64,000 bases of DNA from assembly GCA_964276515.1 (NCBI GenBank), contig OZ193910.1, forward strand, positions 4,960,001 through 5,024,000, written 5' to 3'. Source of the stretch: Gordius albopunctatus. Taxonomy: Eukaryota. The notes under the pieces were generated by a model. The model was not told the DNA's origin and ran no database searches. It worked only from the letters and a program-made list of their open reading frames with translations. The position numbers and the translations under genes are program-made. Within the stretch, counting starts at the first letter, position 1. Every line of letters starts with the position of its first letter. Shown here piece after piece: positions 13,501 to 24,448 of this stretch.

Positions 13501-16500
13501 CATTTTTTGAAATTTTACCCATAATTTTTATAAATTTCAACAAAATTTTGCATTTCCTAGCCCATACTAGAGTGCGGGGTAGAGGTTGGAGGTATGCAGT
13601 ATATCCGCGCCAATCCAACCTTCCACCACTGGAGGACCGCCGATAATCGTAGGTTCGGCCTCACATTTCAGAGCCCGCACCAAGCCAACGCCTTCGATAC
13701 CGGACTCCAAACCGCCGCCCGATCTCTAGAAGAGTTACCTCCTTCCCTCCCCCTGGCTCATGCCCCGCCCCTTCGGCTCACCACTTGTGGTACACACCAA
13801 AGTTTAGTCTCTTTATCTTGGTCTAGGCTTAGTCGAGATGCGAGAAGTTTCGGTTCAACCTCAAATTTCGGCTAAGCGAAACCCATTACAAACAACACTA
13901 TTACATTATGCGCCATTTTTTGCCTAGAAAAATGTTTGCCTAACCTGCGAATTTTAGTGGATGTCTTGTGGTGGGACAAACTGTACCGGGACTTAGCAGC
14001 ATGAGTGAAGGCTTTATTAAATTTTCAAATTTCGCAATTAATAAGTTGAGTAATGTTTGCAGCCTTTTCCATTGGATAAAGAGGTTTTTTTGAGGTTTTA
14101 AGATCCTTTAAATCGATATATAATAAATACCCTTTTTACTTCTTATTACATTGCAGCGATCACGAGTTCCTCCTTAGCTTCGATTACGCGCACTACGTAT
14201 TCACCGTCAGACATTAGCATTTCACCCCTCCCAAATCAGGTAAATGAATTGGCCACTTTTTATCCACCTAACCAATTTAAGACTTTGATATTTTTCTATG
14301 GGACGTTAATATTAATTTTGTTAAAGCAATCTTCTTGTGCAGCCAGAGGCAGTTTAGGCGCTAAAATGTTAAAATTATGAAAAAACGTAGATTTACCCCT
14401 CCTAACATCATAATGAAATTGGATAGTCTTCCTCTCCCATTCCAATCCTGGCATAGGTCGTTTATTATTTTCAGGCACTTTGCAATATTATTTTTATATA
14501 AATTTGTCCCCGATCCTACAAAAAATGGGACCAAAGGCACTCTTTCAACCAACCCTTGTCAATACGTATTCCAAGGGGGGGGGGTGTCTATTAATGTAAG
14601 GATAGTAGTAGAAATACTAAATTCATTTAATACCGCTCATAAACAGACATTTATGCTAAATCTTCCCTTCCAATATTATTATTTGTATATATATTTTTCG
14701 CGTTTGACTCCTCTTTATTTTTAATACTTATCCCCTAAATGCAATATTAGACTTTAGCCTTAATTGGTTTTTCCCCCTTGATTTTATGGCACAGGTATCA
14801 TCGCTGGGAACAGGAGGAGAAAGTTTGCAACCCTGCAGCAACGACCAAAAGAGGGAGGAGGCAATAATGGGGGGAGGGGCTCGAAACGTTTTACCGTATT
14901 ACGTGTCGCCCCGTCATCATAGGCGTTACCTGGGCTCTCTTCGCCATCCATCCCGCACCCCCCAGCCTTCCCCCCTCATCCCTCAGGGTTTTTAAACAAT
15001 GACAATCAATTAATTGAAAAAAATATCTTGTTTGTACGATTTTGTCAAATACTACGTTATGAATATTTAGATAGGCTTGAGAGAGGGGGGTATTAAGGCT
15101 TTAGCGTAGAATGAGTTTAACATGACACTTACTGAGTGCAGGGTGTGACAAATTTTACTTTTTGAGCGAATATTTTTATATTTATAGAGATCATTGAGGC
15201 TAAATACTTACAAGCGGATTCATCGCTGCAACCTGACAGAATTATTAGAGTGTATATACTTACAAGCGGATTCATCGCGGCAACCTGACAGAATTATTAG
15301 AGTGTAAATACTTACAAGCGGATTCATCGCTGCAACCTGACAGAATTCTGTTTAATTAACTCATCAAAAATATTTGCTAAAATAACCCTGGTTTTTGCGG
15401 TGCAAATCTTTCCCAAAAATGTAAATTCTCCTGACGTAATAGACTTGCTAAGATGGGCCTAGCTAATATATTATTGTTATAAACCAAAGCAGCAATCTTA
15501 ACGCAAAATCACTAAAAAAAATGCATCACTTCCAGGCTTCACCACGACCTCGCACATCTCGCCCCTGCCAACCATAATATCTGACGAGCCCAAACCTCCT
15601 AGGTCTGAGCCCGTGCCTTCTACCCCACCCTCCACTAATGGAGGTTTAAAACGGAGCCCGCCCTCTACTTTGATTCCCCCCAACCCCGACCTGGGCCAGA
15701 TTGACGATGACACTTCATATAAGCGTCGCCCCTCGCTCCCCAAATACTACGATACGGGTGGAGGGGAAGCCTCGAAAGTCGCTCAAGCCCTTAACCACTC
15801 ACCTACCACAACAACTGGTATGACCCTAAAAACATGGGCCTAGCCAAGTGGGCTGCCCCCTCTAAATTTAAACTATAACACATGGTGCAAAAGTTGTTTT
15901 AGGTCAAAATATGCGTTTTTATTAGCCTAAGCATTCACATTTTCATAAGAAGCTCTAATGTTTACACCACATCAATAACGACTTTTACTTAGTCATCTAT
16001 TATATCGTCGTAATAAATTAGCTCGTATCTTCGAAAACGAGATAATAGCATTTTTTTCTAAAGCTTATTATAACAATAATGTTGAAACTTATAATTTATC
16101 GGGCATTTATATAATGTTTTATCAAAAGGTTAGGCACCATTTATCATATTCTAATACTAAATTTAACGCTCCTTTTCACTTCGCCTTTATTTAACAGCCT
16201 GGTGGCCCAACGTTAATCCTACACCCACTCGGGTGACAACGGCTGGTGTCCATTGTAAATACTGGAGACCACCAGAACACGCATATTCCTCTTGCAAGCA
16301 GCAGAAACCGGGTAACAGCAGCATTAATGGTAACAAAAATAAGCGGAGTGGCCGCGGCGGGCATAATATTGTTCCCACCAAAGCCTTAAATCACAAATCT
16401 ACTCAACGACCTCATCGGACCACGGCTTATCACAGCGCCCTGGGCTCGTTGGTCAACTCCGGTGATTGCGGACCCGCTCCGCCTAGCCGCTTTGCCACTC

Positions 16501-17481
16501 TGGCCCGCACCATAACGTGCCTGCGATGCGCCTCCTGTTTCATTTTCACCCTAACAGACGAAGAGTGGGAGGACCCTTGCTTTTGTCCGCCCCTCTCGAC
16601 CCAACCAAAACACGCCCAAACTCGAGGCTCTTCTTCGCCCAATAACAGCGACGATACGTCTAGTTTGGGTTCCGTCGTAATAGATACACCCGAACAGGGA
16701 GCAGTCTCTTTCTCGTAAGAACCCTACAAAGGCATAAACAAATAAACATAGCGTTGTAGAGCTCTCCACGGGCCGCTTGAAGCCTGGCTCTGCAAGAAAG
16801 AGAGTTTGGGTCGGGCTCGGATTAAGATCGAATATTAACAATTAAATTTACTTTCTCACGGTAAAATAATTTTAAATGTAAACTTTGTCTAAAATTTTAT
16901 TTAAATTGGGTGGGGCTATTAAAGCCTTTCGGGCCAGGCTTGGGTCGATGTACGACATAATTTGCAATTCATTTTTTATGAATATTGATGAAGATAAAGT
17001 AAACCCTTAAAAAATTATTAAAGGGGTTCAAAATAGACAAATTTAATAGAATTAAATTTTATTAGCATTGGCCAAAATTTTTGTTTCTTAACATAATAAA
17101 AGAGTTATAACACTCAAGTTTCCTAGAAATTAGGGAGATGGCTTGCTTGTTGAAAAGTATTACGAACCTATTTAAATCCTGCGCGACTATTGAGAATGGT
17201 TTGTTCAAAGTCAATAAAGGAGCCATTTGAAATCTTTACACAGATCTCAATCCAAATCCACGTTCGTGAGGTGGAGCCTGCTGGGCCTACTCTCCATTCT
17301 ACTACCTTGCCTCTGCTTCTACCCCTTACTCAAATGCTGTCACCGTTTGGGAGCTTGGTGTGGCCTGTGTTCTACACCGGACCACGTCCTCTCGACACCC
17401 TTACCCTCGCGACGCCACGAGCTAGGGCCCAGTAGACCTTCATCCGTTTCGACGTCCACCACCATCACCATTCAACCCTAA
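7551..17481 (+). CDS. SPRED: Sprouty-related EVH1 domain-containing protein (~639 aa, 8 coding exons)
   Basis: EVH1 motifs VRAQVMRRDDSSGGWLP and YIRANPTFHHWR...FGLTFQSP; Sprouty-domain motifs DPCFC and RWSLLGLLSILLPCLCFYPLLKCCHRLG. Phase-consistent GT-AG model: 7551-7561, 12638-13004, 13561-13789, 14157-14239, 14795-14987, 15536-15817, 16198-16714, 17244-17481 (1920 nt). The first exon is the least certain. Confidence 0.93.
7750..8062. mobile_element. hAT-like MITE (TAGRGCYCTGC family)
   Basis: TIR TAGGGCCCTGC/GCAGGGCTCTA; imperfect TSD CTCTTGGC/TCCTTGGC; related ends at 4753, 16756 and ~48385. Confidence 0.7.
10173..12339. mobile_element. Long-TIR MITE interrupted by the DINE-like element
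   Basis: CCCCGCGTTCGTGATG...GCTAATTTATCAAACTTTTCATT mirrored by AATGAAAAGTTTGATAAATTAGC...CATCACGAACGCGGGG; removing 10253-11986 restores a continuous left arm. Confidence 0.75.
10253..11986 (+). mobile_element. DINE-1/Helentron-like non-autonomous element with central tandem repeats
   Basis: 18-bp subterminal inverted repeat TTGCTATGCAATTTATGG (10259) / CCATAAATTGCATAGCAA (11872), (GTCC)n microsatellite, central tandem arrays, 3' hairpin GGGCCGAAGGCCC followed by a T-run. Confidence 0.75.
15204..15347. repeat. 52-bp tandem repeat, about 2.8 copies, in a SPRED intron
   Basis: Unit ATACTTACAAGCGGATTCATCGCTGCAACCTGACAGAATTATTAGAGTGTA(T/A) at 15204, 15256, 15308. Confidence 0.95.
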
Positions 17482-18090
17482 AACTGAGTGTCGTCTCGTT
17501 ATCATACTTTTTACGACAGTCCGGTTATCGTTTTTTGGCCACCCTTCGTTATTGCCCCCAATACCAACGTACACACACACACACATTTAATGCATTTATA
17601 GCGCTTGACTCGAGCCTAAGCCAATCACGCTCTCCCCTTCTCTCTCTCACTATATGTATTTATGGCTCTCAATCGAATCAATCGTACCCAGTGCGTATGT
17701 GCGCGTTTATTTGATCGTAGCAGTTAAACTACACCTACACACCTTATGTAATTAACTGTAAGTGTTTCCTAGAGATATTGCAACTGTATTTGTACAATAT
17801 AAAATGTGTAATATGTTATCCTGCCCTAGTTTAGCCGGTTCATTTCGAGTTTGTATACCAAGTCATAATTAAATAAGCATATTTTACATTAAGGTAGTTA
17901 TAAGAAAATATAGCCTTACCATTAGAAACTTCAATAAAGTTAGAAACGAAATGCAATATTTTTGTTTTAATATTATATTAAAGAACAAATAGATGAAAAG
18001 GGTTAAGAAAAACAAAAATTGAGGAAGGCACCTTAAAACAGAGGCATAAAAGTAAGGGGGGGGGAGAATTGAAATAAATTATAGCGACTA

Positions 18091-18370
18091 TGTAACGAAG
18101 TGGCCGGCTGGTAGAACCCTAAGCTCCCGTATACTAGGCTCCCGTATAACACTAACTCCGATTCTAAACCAAGAGACTAAGATGTGGATAAGGCTTTATA
18201 TACCTACACATAGCGAAAGACATATATAAAAGTAGTAATCAATTAAGAGATAATGTACGGTGTAAACTAAGGTATATTCAATTGACTAAGCGTATGTTCA
18301 ATTATCTGTGACCGCGCTCAAGTATAGGAAAAACGCGTGTATTCAAATTGCAACCTTGAATGCCGCTACA
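18091..18370. mobile_element. Probable solo LTR
   Basis: 280 bp bounded by TGTAACG...CGCTACA inverted ends; short internal duplication GCTCCCGTATA; TSD only partial (CTA). Confidence 0.5.
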
Positions 18371-18566
18371 CTACAGGCTACTTTAAAGTTTTATAGCAAT
18401 CTAAGAATTATTAATGTAACCGAAAATGATGCTCATGCTTGATTATACTAAACCCGTGAGAAAGGTGACCTTTTATATAAATACAATAGTATACTTTATT
18501 ACATAAAATTGCATGTACAATCTAGTATTCATAACTGAGTAACAAGGTTTTATAAGAAGTAACATT

Positions 18567-21500
18567 TTAGAGTTTTGCTTTTAGCGGAATCTGGTGCCAC
18601 ATAGGGCCGACCGGTTCTAATTTTAAATACGGATCCTCATAGGATTTTGAGTCTTTTAAAAAAGGTCGCAAAACTTGGGGTACATAGAGGCTATGCCTCG
18701 TTTCATCGTAATGCGTTTCGAAGAGGGCAATGAGCATCCTCGGTATGGCACAGGCTGTACCATTAACCTGGTAAATAATGCAAAACGTAAATTTTAACAT
18801 CATCAGTTATAAAATTAATGTTCGGGAAAGGAATATCCAAAGATAAGCGGATTTCTGCAAGTGACACGAAACCCAAACTAAAACATTTCAGCTTTAAACG
18901 CTCATAGTCAAATTTAAATTCGTATAACAAAGGAGCTGGATTTGAACTGAGGTTTTAGGCGCAAATGAGCAAACCTTAAGCCCTTAGTTACCATAATAAT
19001 GGTTGGGTCTTTATTTTTAATAGTTACTCCATTCAATAAAGACCTAGTAAATTTAATCTATACCGTATGAGCGAAAGAGGTTGAAGCTCCGTCTTCATTA
19101 GTATGACGAATATCTAAACGTCGGGCCTGAAAGTCGGTGCAATTAGAAGTGCTCGATATCTCACCGTAAATCTTTCTGCCCGGCATCCAAGCTTCCATGT
19201 CGTATTTATGGTATGCTGGAACGCCTAATTCGTGAGGGGCCATCTCCATAACTCTGCAGACGCAAGTCAAACAATAGATTAATATATATTTACTAGCTGA
19301 CCCAGCAAACGTTGTTTTGCTATATACATTATTTCTAGAAAATACTATAAGCGATGTTCATGCTCATCCTTATGCCTCGATCATATAATGAGCGATTAAA
19401 ATATAATTGTCCTATGGGAAATAATTCACGAATTTAATGTAGGAAGAATTATTAACACGCTAAATACAAAATATAAACAGAAAAAGCAAAGTACTTAACA
19501 TCAAATTTTTTATTGCTTTGCTTTACACATTTTGCCATATAAATATACTGTCAAATAAATTAATACATGCCTTAAGAATTATTTAATTTGTAAATTGCCA
19601 CAGGTTTGTTTTTTTATTAAAGGTGTAAAAAACTCTTTTTGGATCTACCGCAAAATCACGATTCTGGCAAATGACCGTTTTCGGACTTCAATAAACCCCC
19701 CCCCCCCTTGAAAATCTTTTTTATTTTTGCGTCTGAACATATTTTAGCGCGTCCAGATTTTCACTTATTTGGGCAAACTACAATTCAGCTTACATCTGCT
19801 TACAAACTTTAGGTATATCATTGGCCGCCAACTGAGATTTATTGCAATAGAGACTCATTGTTATCATGTTTGGCTGATATATTGAGTAGTTTAAGGCAAC
19901 AGGTACCATTATAGACGTAGCCCGATCCTCTACCCTCAATTTGCCCTCCGTTAATTTTTACTATTGCTTAAATTGTATAGGAAATGAATGCTCCTATATG
20001 AAGAAGAGCCTAATAAGGCCACACAAAGACAGCAAGTAGACAGGGGTTTAAGGGCAGAGCCCCTTAGTAAGGTTTAGAGGGGCAGCCCCAACCGGGGTAC
20101 AGGGGTGAAGCCCTTTGTTTGAATCTTCTTCTTCTTTATCAGTTATTTGGTCCCACGGTCGTGGGGTTTGTTTTGATAAGTTTCTTGCATCTTTACCGGG
20201 TGAGTGCCATGTCTTGACTACTCTTTAGTTTTCATAACTTTATCGCCTTGTCCGTTCCATGTGACACGGGGTTGTCCTCTTCCTCTCTTGTCCGGCACCT
20301 CCATGTCGAGTACTTTTCGATTTAGGTCATTCGTGTCCCCCTTAGTATATGTTCATACCACCTTAACCGATTTTCGTTAATCATGTCCGCCATAGGTTGA
20401 ATATTCATTTTTGTCATGAGAAAGTCATTCGTCATATGGTCGAGCTTAGTTTACGCCAAGCTTCACCGTAGAATTCTCATCTCTGTGGCTTTTATAAGCC
20501 ACCCTTCCCTGGTGTTTAATGCGGATGCTTAATGATCAATTTTTAATTCCTTAATTAATTTATTATCATGTGAAGTTCGACAAAAAATAAGGTTTTTTTA
20601 AACTCACTTTGTTGTTCACATATATTCCATCTTTTAATAATAAATTGACGTGAAAAATAAGCAAAAAAATGACTTTGATATTTAATGTTTCAAAGCGCGT
20701 AAAAAGTTTCCATTTTCCGCAGCACATGCCTACTGCATTTATCACACTACCTACACGATAGATACGCAGTATACATCATGAGGTGGCGTTTGAGTGACAT
20801 TTTAGTAAACGTCAAAACGTATAAAACTAAATAACATGACCGTCTTGTGACATAGAAATTTGGAATATAGTTAAAAACATAGGCTCAGACCTACCAATCA
20901 TTCGCAGAAATTTCCATATAAATCGGTCCAGCCGTTTCGGAGGAGTTTAACCACACACACCGTTTCACGTGATTTTTATATATTAGATTAACCTACGTTA
21001 GCTAGCCACATATACATGGGCGTAGACGGGGGGGCATCATTTTGCGCCCTCTACTTCCAAAGATGGCTACGCGCATGTACCTATAATTAGGCTAAAATTG
21101 ATAATGTAACTAGTGTTGTTAATATGCCAAAATGCTACTACCATAACCTATGGTAGTAGCATACATCTCGCCTATTACCATCATCATAACCAGCACCATG
21201 CTGGTTAATAACCCGGTTACTAGCATGACAGATTAAAGTTGCCATGGTTGCTTGGTTTAGAGAGATGTAAGTAACCGGGCATTTGGCAGATTGGATTTAT
21301 ATAAACCCTGGTATCGACCAGGCTCATTTTAAACTAAACGTGGTTTTTAGCAAATTCAATTTTAGCTTACTATTAGAGTTGGCGGCTGCCATTTAATGCT
21401 AATAAATATTTTTAAATCATATAATAATAATATTAATCCTAAAAGGTGATAAAAAAATTAAAATATATTATAAAGAACTTTGCCCCCCTACCTTTATTTG

Positions 21501-23897
21501 TCCCGTTGTTTTGGACTCCCTCTTATTTTTTACCCTCTTTCTCAAACACCCCCCCCCTCTCCTCTGGTAAGAAGGAGGGTAAAAAATAAGAGGGAGTCCA
21601 AAAAAATGGGACAAATAAAGGTAGGGGGGGGGCAAAGTTCTTTATAATATATTTTAATTTTTTTATCACCTTTTAGGATTAATATTATATGATTGAAAAA
21701 TATTGATTAGCATTATATGGCAGCCGCCAACTATAATAGTAAGCTAAAACTGAATTTGCTAAAAACCAGGTTTAGTTTAAAATGAGCCTGGTCGATACCA
21801 GGGTTTATATCAATCCAATCATGCCCGGTGGTTACTTACATCTCTTTCAACCAAGACAACTTTAATCTGCCATGCTAGTAACCGGGTTATTAAGCATAAG
21901 CAGCATGGTGCTGGTTATGATGAAGGTTATGGTAAGTGATATGTGCCTATTACCAGGTTTAGCACTATACAAGCAGAACCAATTCGAGCAGATTAACATC
22001 ACTAAATGTAACCCCATTTCTATAATATAAGCAAATACATGGGGGCGCCTGATTAATGATTTTATATCACGGCGCGAAATCTGTAGTATATTAAAAATTG
22101 ACCTCTACATGTTTGAGAATAAAAAGGTAAAATCTAGTGTCAGACGAAAGCTTAAATGCGTTGATAGCTCAAGGCTTTAACCCTTTGTCGAAGCATGGTT
22201 TTTTTTACCAATACTATTTAAGGGCATAACAAATTTTAAACACGAGCAAATAAATTAGCTCAAATTTTTATATCAGCTTTATATAAGTGTTTCAAATTAT
22301 TAATGAGCCGTGTAAAAAATCACTTCCACATGTATAATAAAGGTCACTAATTGGGATATTATTATTGACTTATAGTGGATACACTCAGGTTTACCGGGCT
22401 AAAAAATGAAGTCTGTCAAAAGCATTATATTATCATATAAGTAACACTTAAAATTACATTGTGCCATGATAAATGATTAAATTATAAACCTTGCATGAAG
22501 CCCTAGTTGTGAGAACAACTTTTTTTGCAAATCAACAAAGGCATGCAGCATATTTTCACTGTGGTCATTATTGGTGCCACCCTCTGTTAAGGCAAACATT
22601 TCAACCTATAACATTTAAAGAATAACATCCATATTACAACAGTGAAACAATTATTAAAATAAAAAAGTTTTAAACCTCAAGTTACTATTTTACCTTGTCA
22701 AAACAATTAACACGATATAGTCCATGTTCCTTTTTGTTAGTTGTTGTTTCAGCTCTATAACATCGACTCAATGCACACACCCTATAACATATTAATATGA
22801 TATTTAAAAAATTTAAAACATCAAATTTCTACACCAAATTAAAAATCCTTAAGGGAAATGATAATACTTAAGTATATTATATATCTACATTAAAAATATA
22901 AGAATTAATTCCACTTAAAGTAATTAAATTAATCAACCATACCATTAAGTTTAGGTGGTCTAAAAGTTAAGTCAATTTGTAAAAATCTAAGAAGTATATT
23001 ATAAAAGGGCAGTAAAAATGAAAACTAGTCAAGGCTTAAAATAGCAAAATTTTTATTATAATCATTTAAAAAATAAAAATAAACTATATAAAAACTTATA
23101 GCAACATATTTTTTAAAGCAAATATAACTGTCTAAGATGAGCTATAAAATTACTTAAGTGGTAGGTCCTTTTTAGATATTATCATCTGTGAAAACAGAGC
23201 TTTTAAAATACAAATATAAAATTTTTGCATAAATAATACCTGCTAACAAAATCTCAGATGTGCCCGCTAATCCTAATCCTTGGAAATTCCCACTCTTTAC
23301 AAAGTATATTTGATCTCTAATATTATTTAAAGAAAATCCACATCTTTCAATGTATGATGAATGGATAAGAGATGGCACATTAATCAAAGTAAACTCTTTC
23401 ATTTTTAGAAAGTTAATGACATATTTTAATAATGCTCTTTCAAGTGCATGTACTTGATTAAAAAAACAATATGATCTAGGTCCAGTATACTTTCCTAATT
23501 GATCAGTGTTGCCTATATTATATTCTTTGATAATCTTTTCAAAAGTAAAATTTGACATCTTTTTATTGTTAAATTCTTCAATAATATACCCAGGTACATT
23601 TAAGTCATGCTTAAAGCTTGGTAGCATAAATTTTGGGTGCAGTTTATTTGGAAAAATTATCAGATCTCTTAACACTTTCTCATTTATGCCAGAACAATTG
23701 GCTGAAAGATATTTCAGAACTTCATCATAGACATCACTAATATCATAATTTATGTTCCGTCTTTGAATATTAGTGGCATGTAAAGATTTGTTAGTATTAA
23801 CGAATTCTTGATAATCATAAATCGGACTTACACTACAAGGTTGAATAAAATTTTTAATTTGACGGTTTAGAGTCTTGTATACCTTGTCTAAAGTCAT
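18567..23897 (-). CDS. SARS2: Seryl-tRNA synthetase, mitochondrial type (~432 aa, 6 coding exons)
   Basis: Class II SerRS motifs LAGTSE, CYRAET...[62 protein letters not shown]. Exons 23897-23240, 23199-23154, 22781-22694, 22605-22490, 19253-19064, 18767-18567 (1299 nt, phases consistent). Confidence 0.93.
19291..20988. mobile_element. Helitron/Helentron-type non-autonomous element in SARS2 intron
   Basis: End motif ACTAGCTGACCCAGCAAACGTTGTTTTGC and opposite end ...TTTTTATATATTAGAT; the same end architecture recurs at 52195-52507 and 60605-61358. Confidence 0.65.
20123..20530 (-). mobile_element. RTE-clade non-LTR retrotransposon 3' fragment
   Basis: Decayed translation [17 protein letters not shown]...[12 protein letters not shown]...[17 protein letters not shown] and a (GAA)n tail, typical of RTE C-termini. 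Confidence 0.8.
21111..22004. mobile_element. Foldback (palindromic) MITE, hAT-type TSD
   Basis: Arms of about 420 bp are inverted copies around a ~40-bp centre near 21555; exact 8-bp TSD AATGTAAC. Confidence 0.9.
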
Positions 23898-24329
23898 ATA
23901 GCTCAACTGTGGTAAACAGATGGTATTGATCGCAACGGTTACACGATATTATGGGGCACGAAAGTCTATGTGCGAACCAGGTTGGTGGTTCCCCCAATCT
24001 TAGCATGTCCAAAATAATATATAAACCACCTTAAGGCAAAAACCTAAATTTCCGAAAATCATGGATTCACAACTCATCTATTGAACCAGATAGATAGGTT
24101 AGAACCAAACCCTACCACACTTGATCTTTCAAGAGGCTCACGCGAAGAAAATATTTTCAAACAAAATTATTACAAATTTCCGGAACCCACGGGAATTAGA
24201 CAAATTAAAAACAAACCACCATGCCGTCAGCCCGAAGTTTCATCTAAATAAGTTTTAACATTAGTACTAATAGGCTTCTTTAGCCTTTTTAGGTTGTTTG
24301 CCTTTGCTTAAATTTTTCAAATTACTTAC

Positions 24330-24420
24330 GCTTGCTCTGATTTATTCTACCGCTCACATGCTTATATAATCATTAGTTCAAGGATAGAAGCTCTTTTCTT
24401 TCTACCCCCCTTTTCCCCTA
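24330..24420 (-). other. Candidate non-coding first exon of SARS2
   Basis: Strong minus-strand donor AGC|GTAAGT at 24329 and acceptor TTTACCACAG| at 23907, 9 nt before the SARS2 ATG; an in-frame stop makes this exon non-coding. Its upstream boundary is a guess. Confidence 0.45.
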
Positions 24421-24448
24421 ACGCTTTTATTTATTATTGACACAGTTA

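Noticed and set aside
15204..15347. CRISPR-like appearance of repeated ~40-bp units
   Set aside because: The intervening sequences are essentially identical, so it is a simple 52-bp tandem repeat; eukaryotic intron, no cas genes.
12749..16841. Antisense and alternate-frame ORFs over SPRED exons (also over RAD21 and Gypsy pol)
   Set aside because: Shadow ORFs expected from GC-rich coding sequence.
18936..18996. Degenerate tRNA-derived SINE-like head on the minus strand
   Set aside because: Only a weak B-box (GTTCAAATCC) and a doubtful A-box; too decayed to call.
23907..24260. Possible LTR or gag remnant truncating the SARS2 5' end
   Set aside because: No second LTR, clear PBS or gag motif; the region is more simply explained as the 5' UTR intron.
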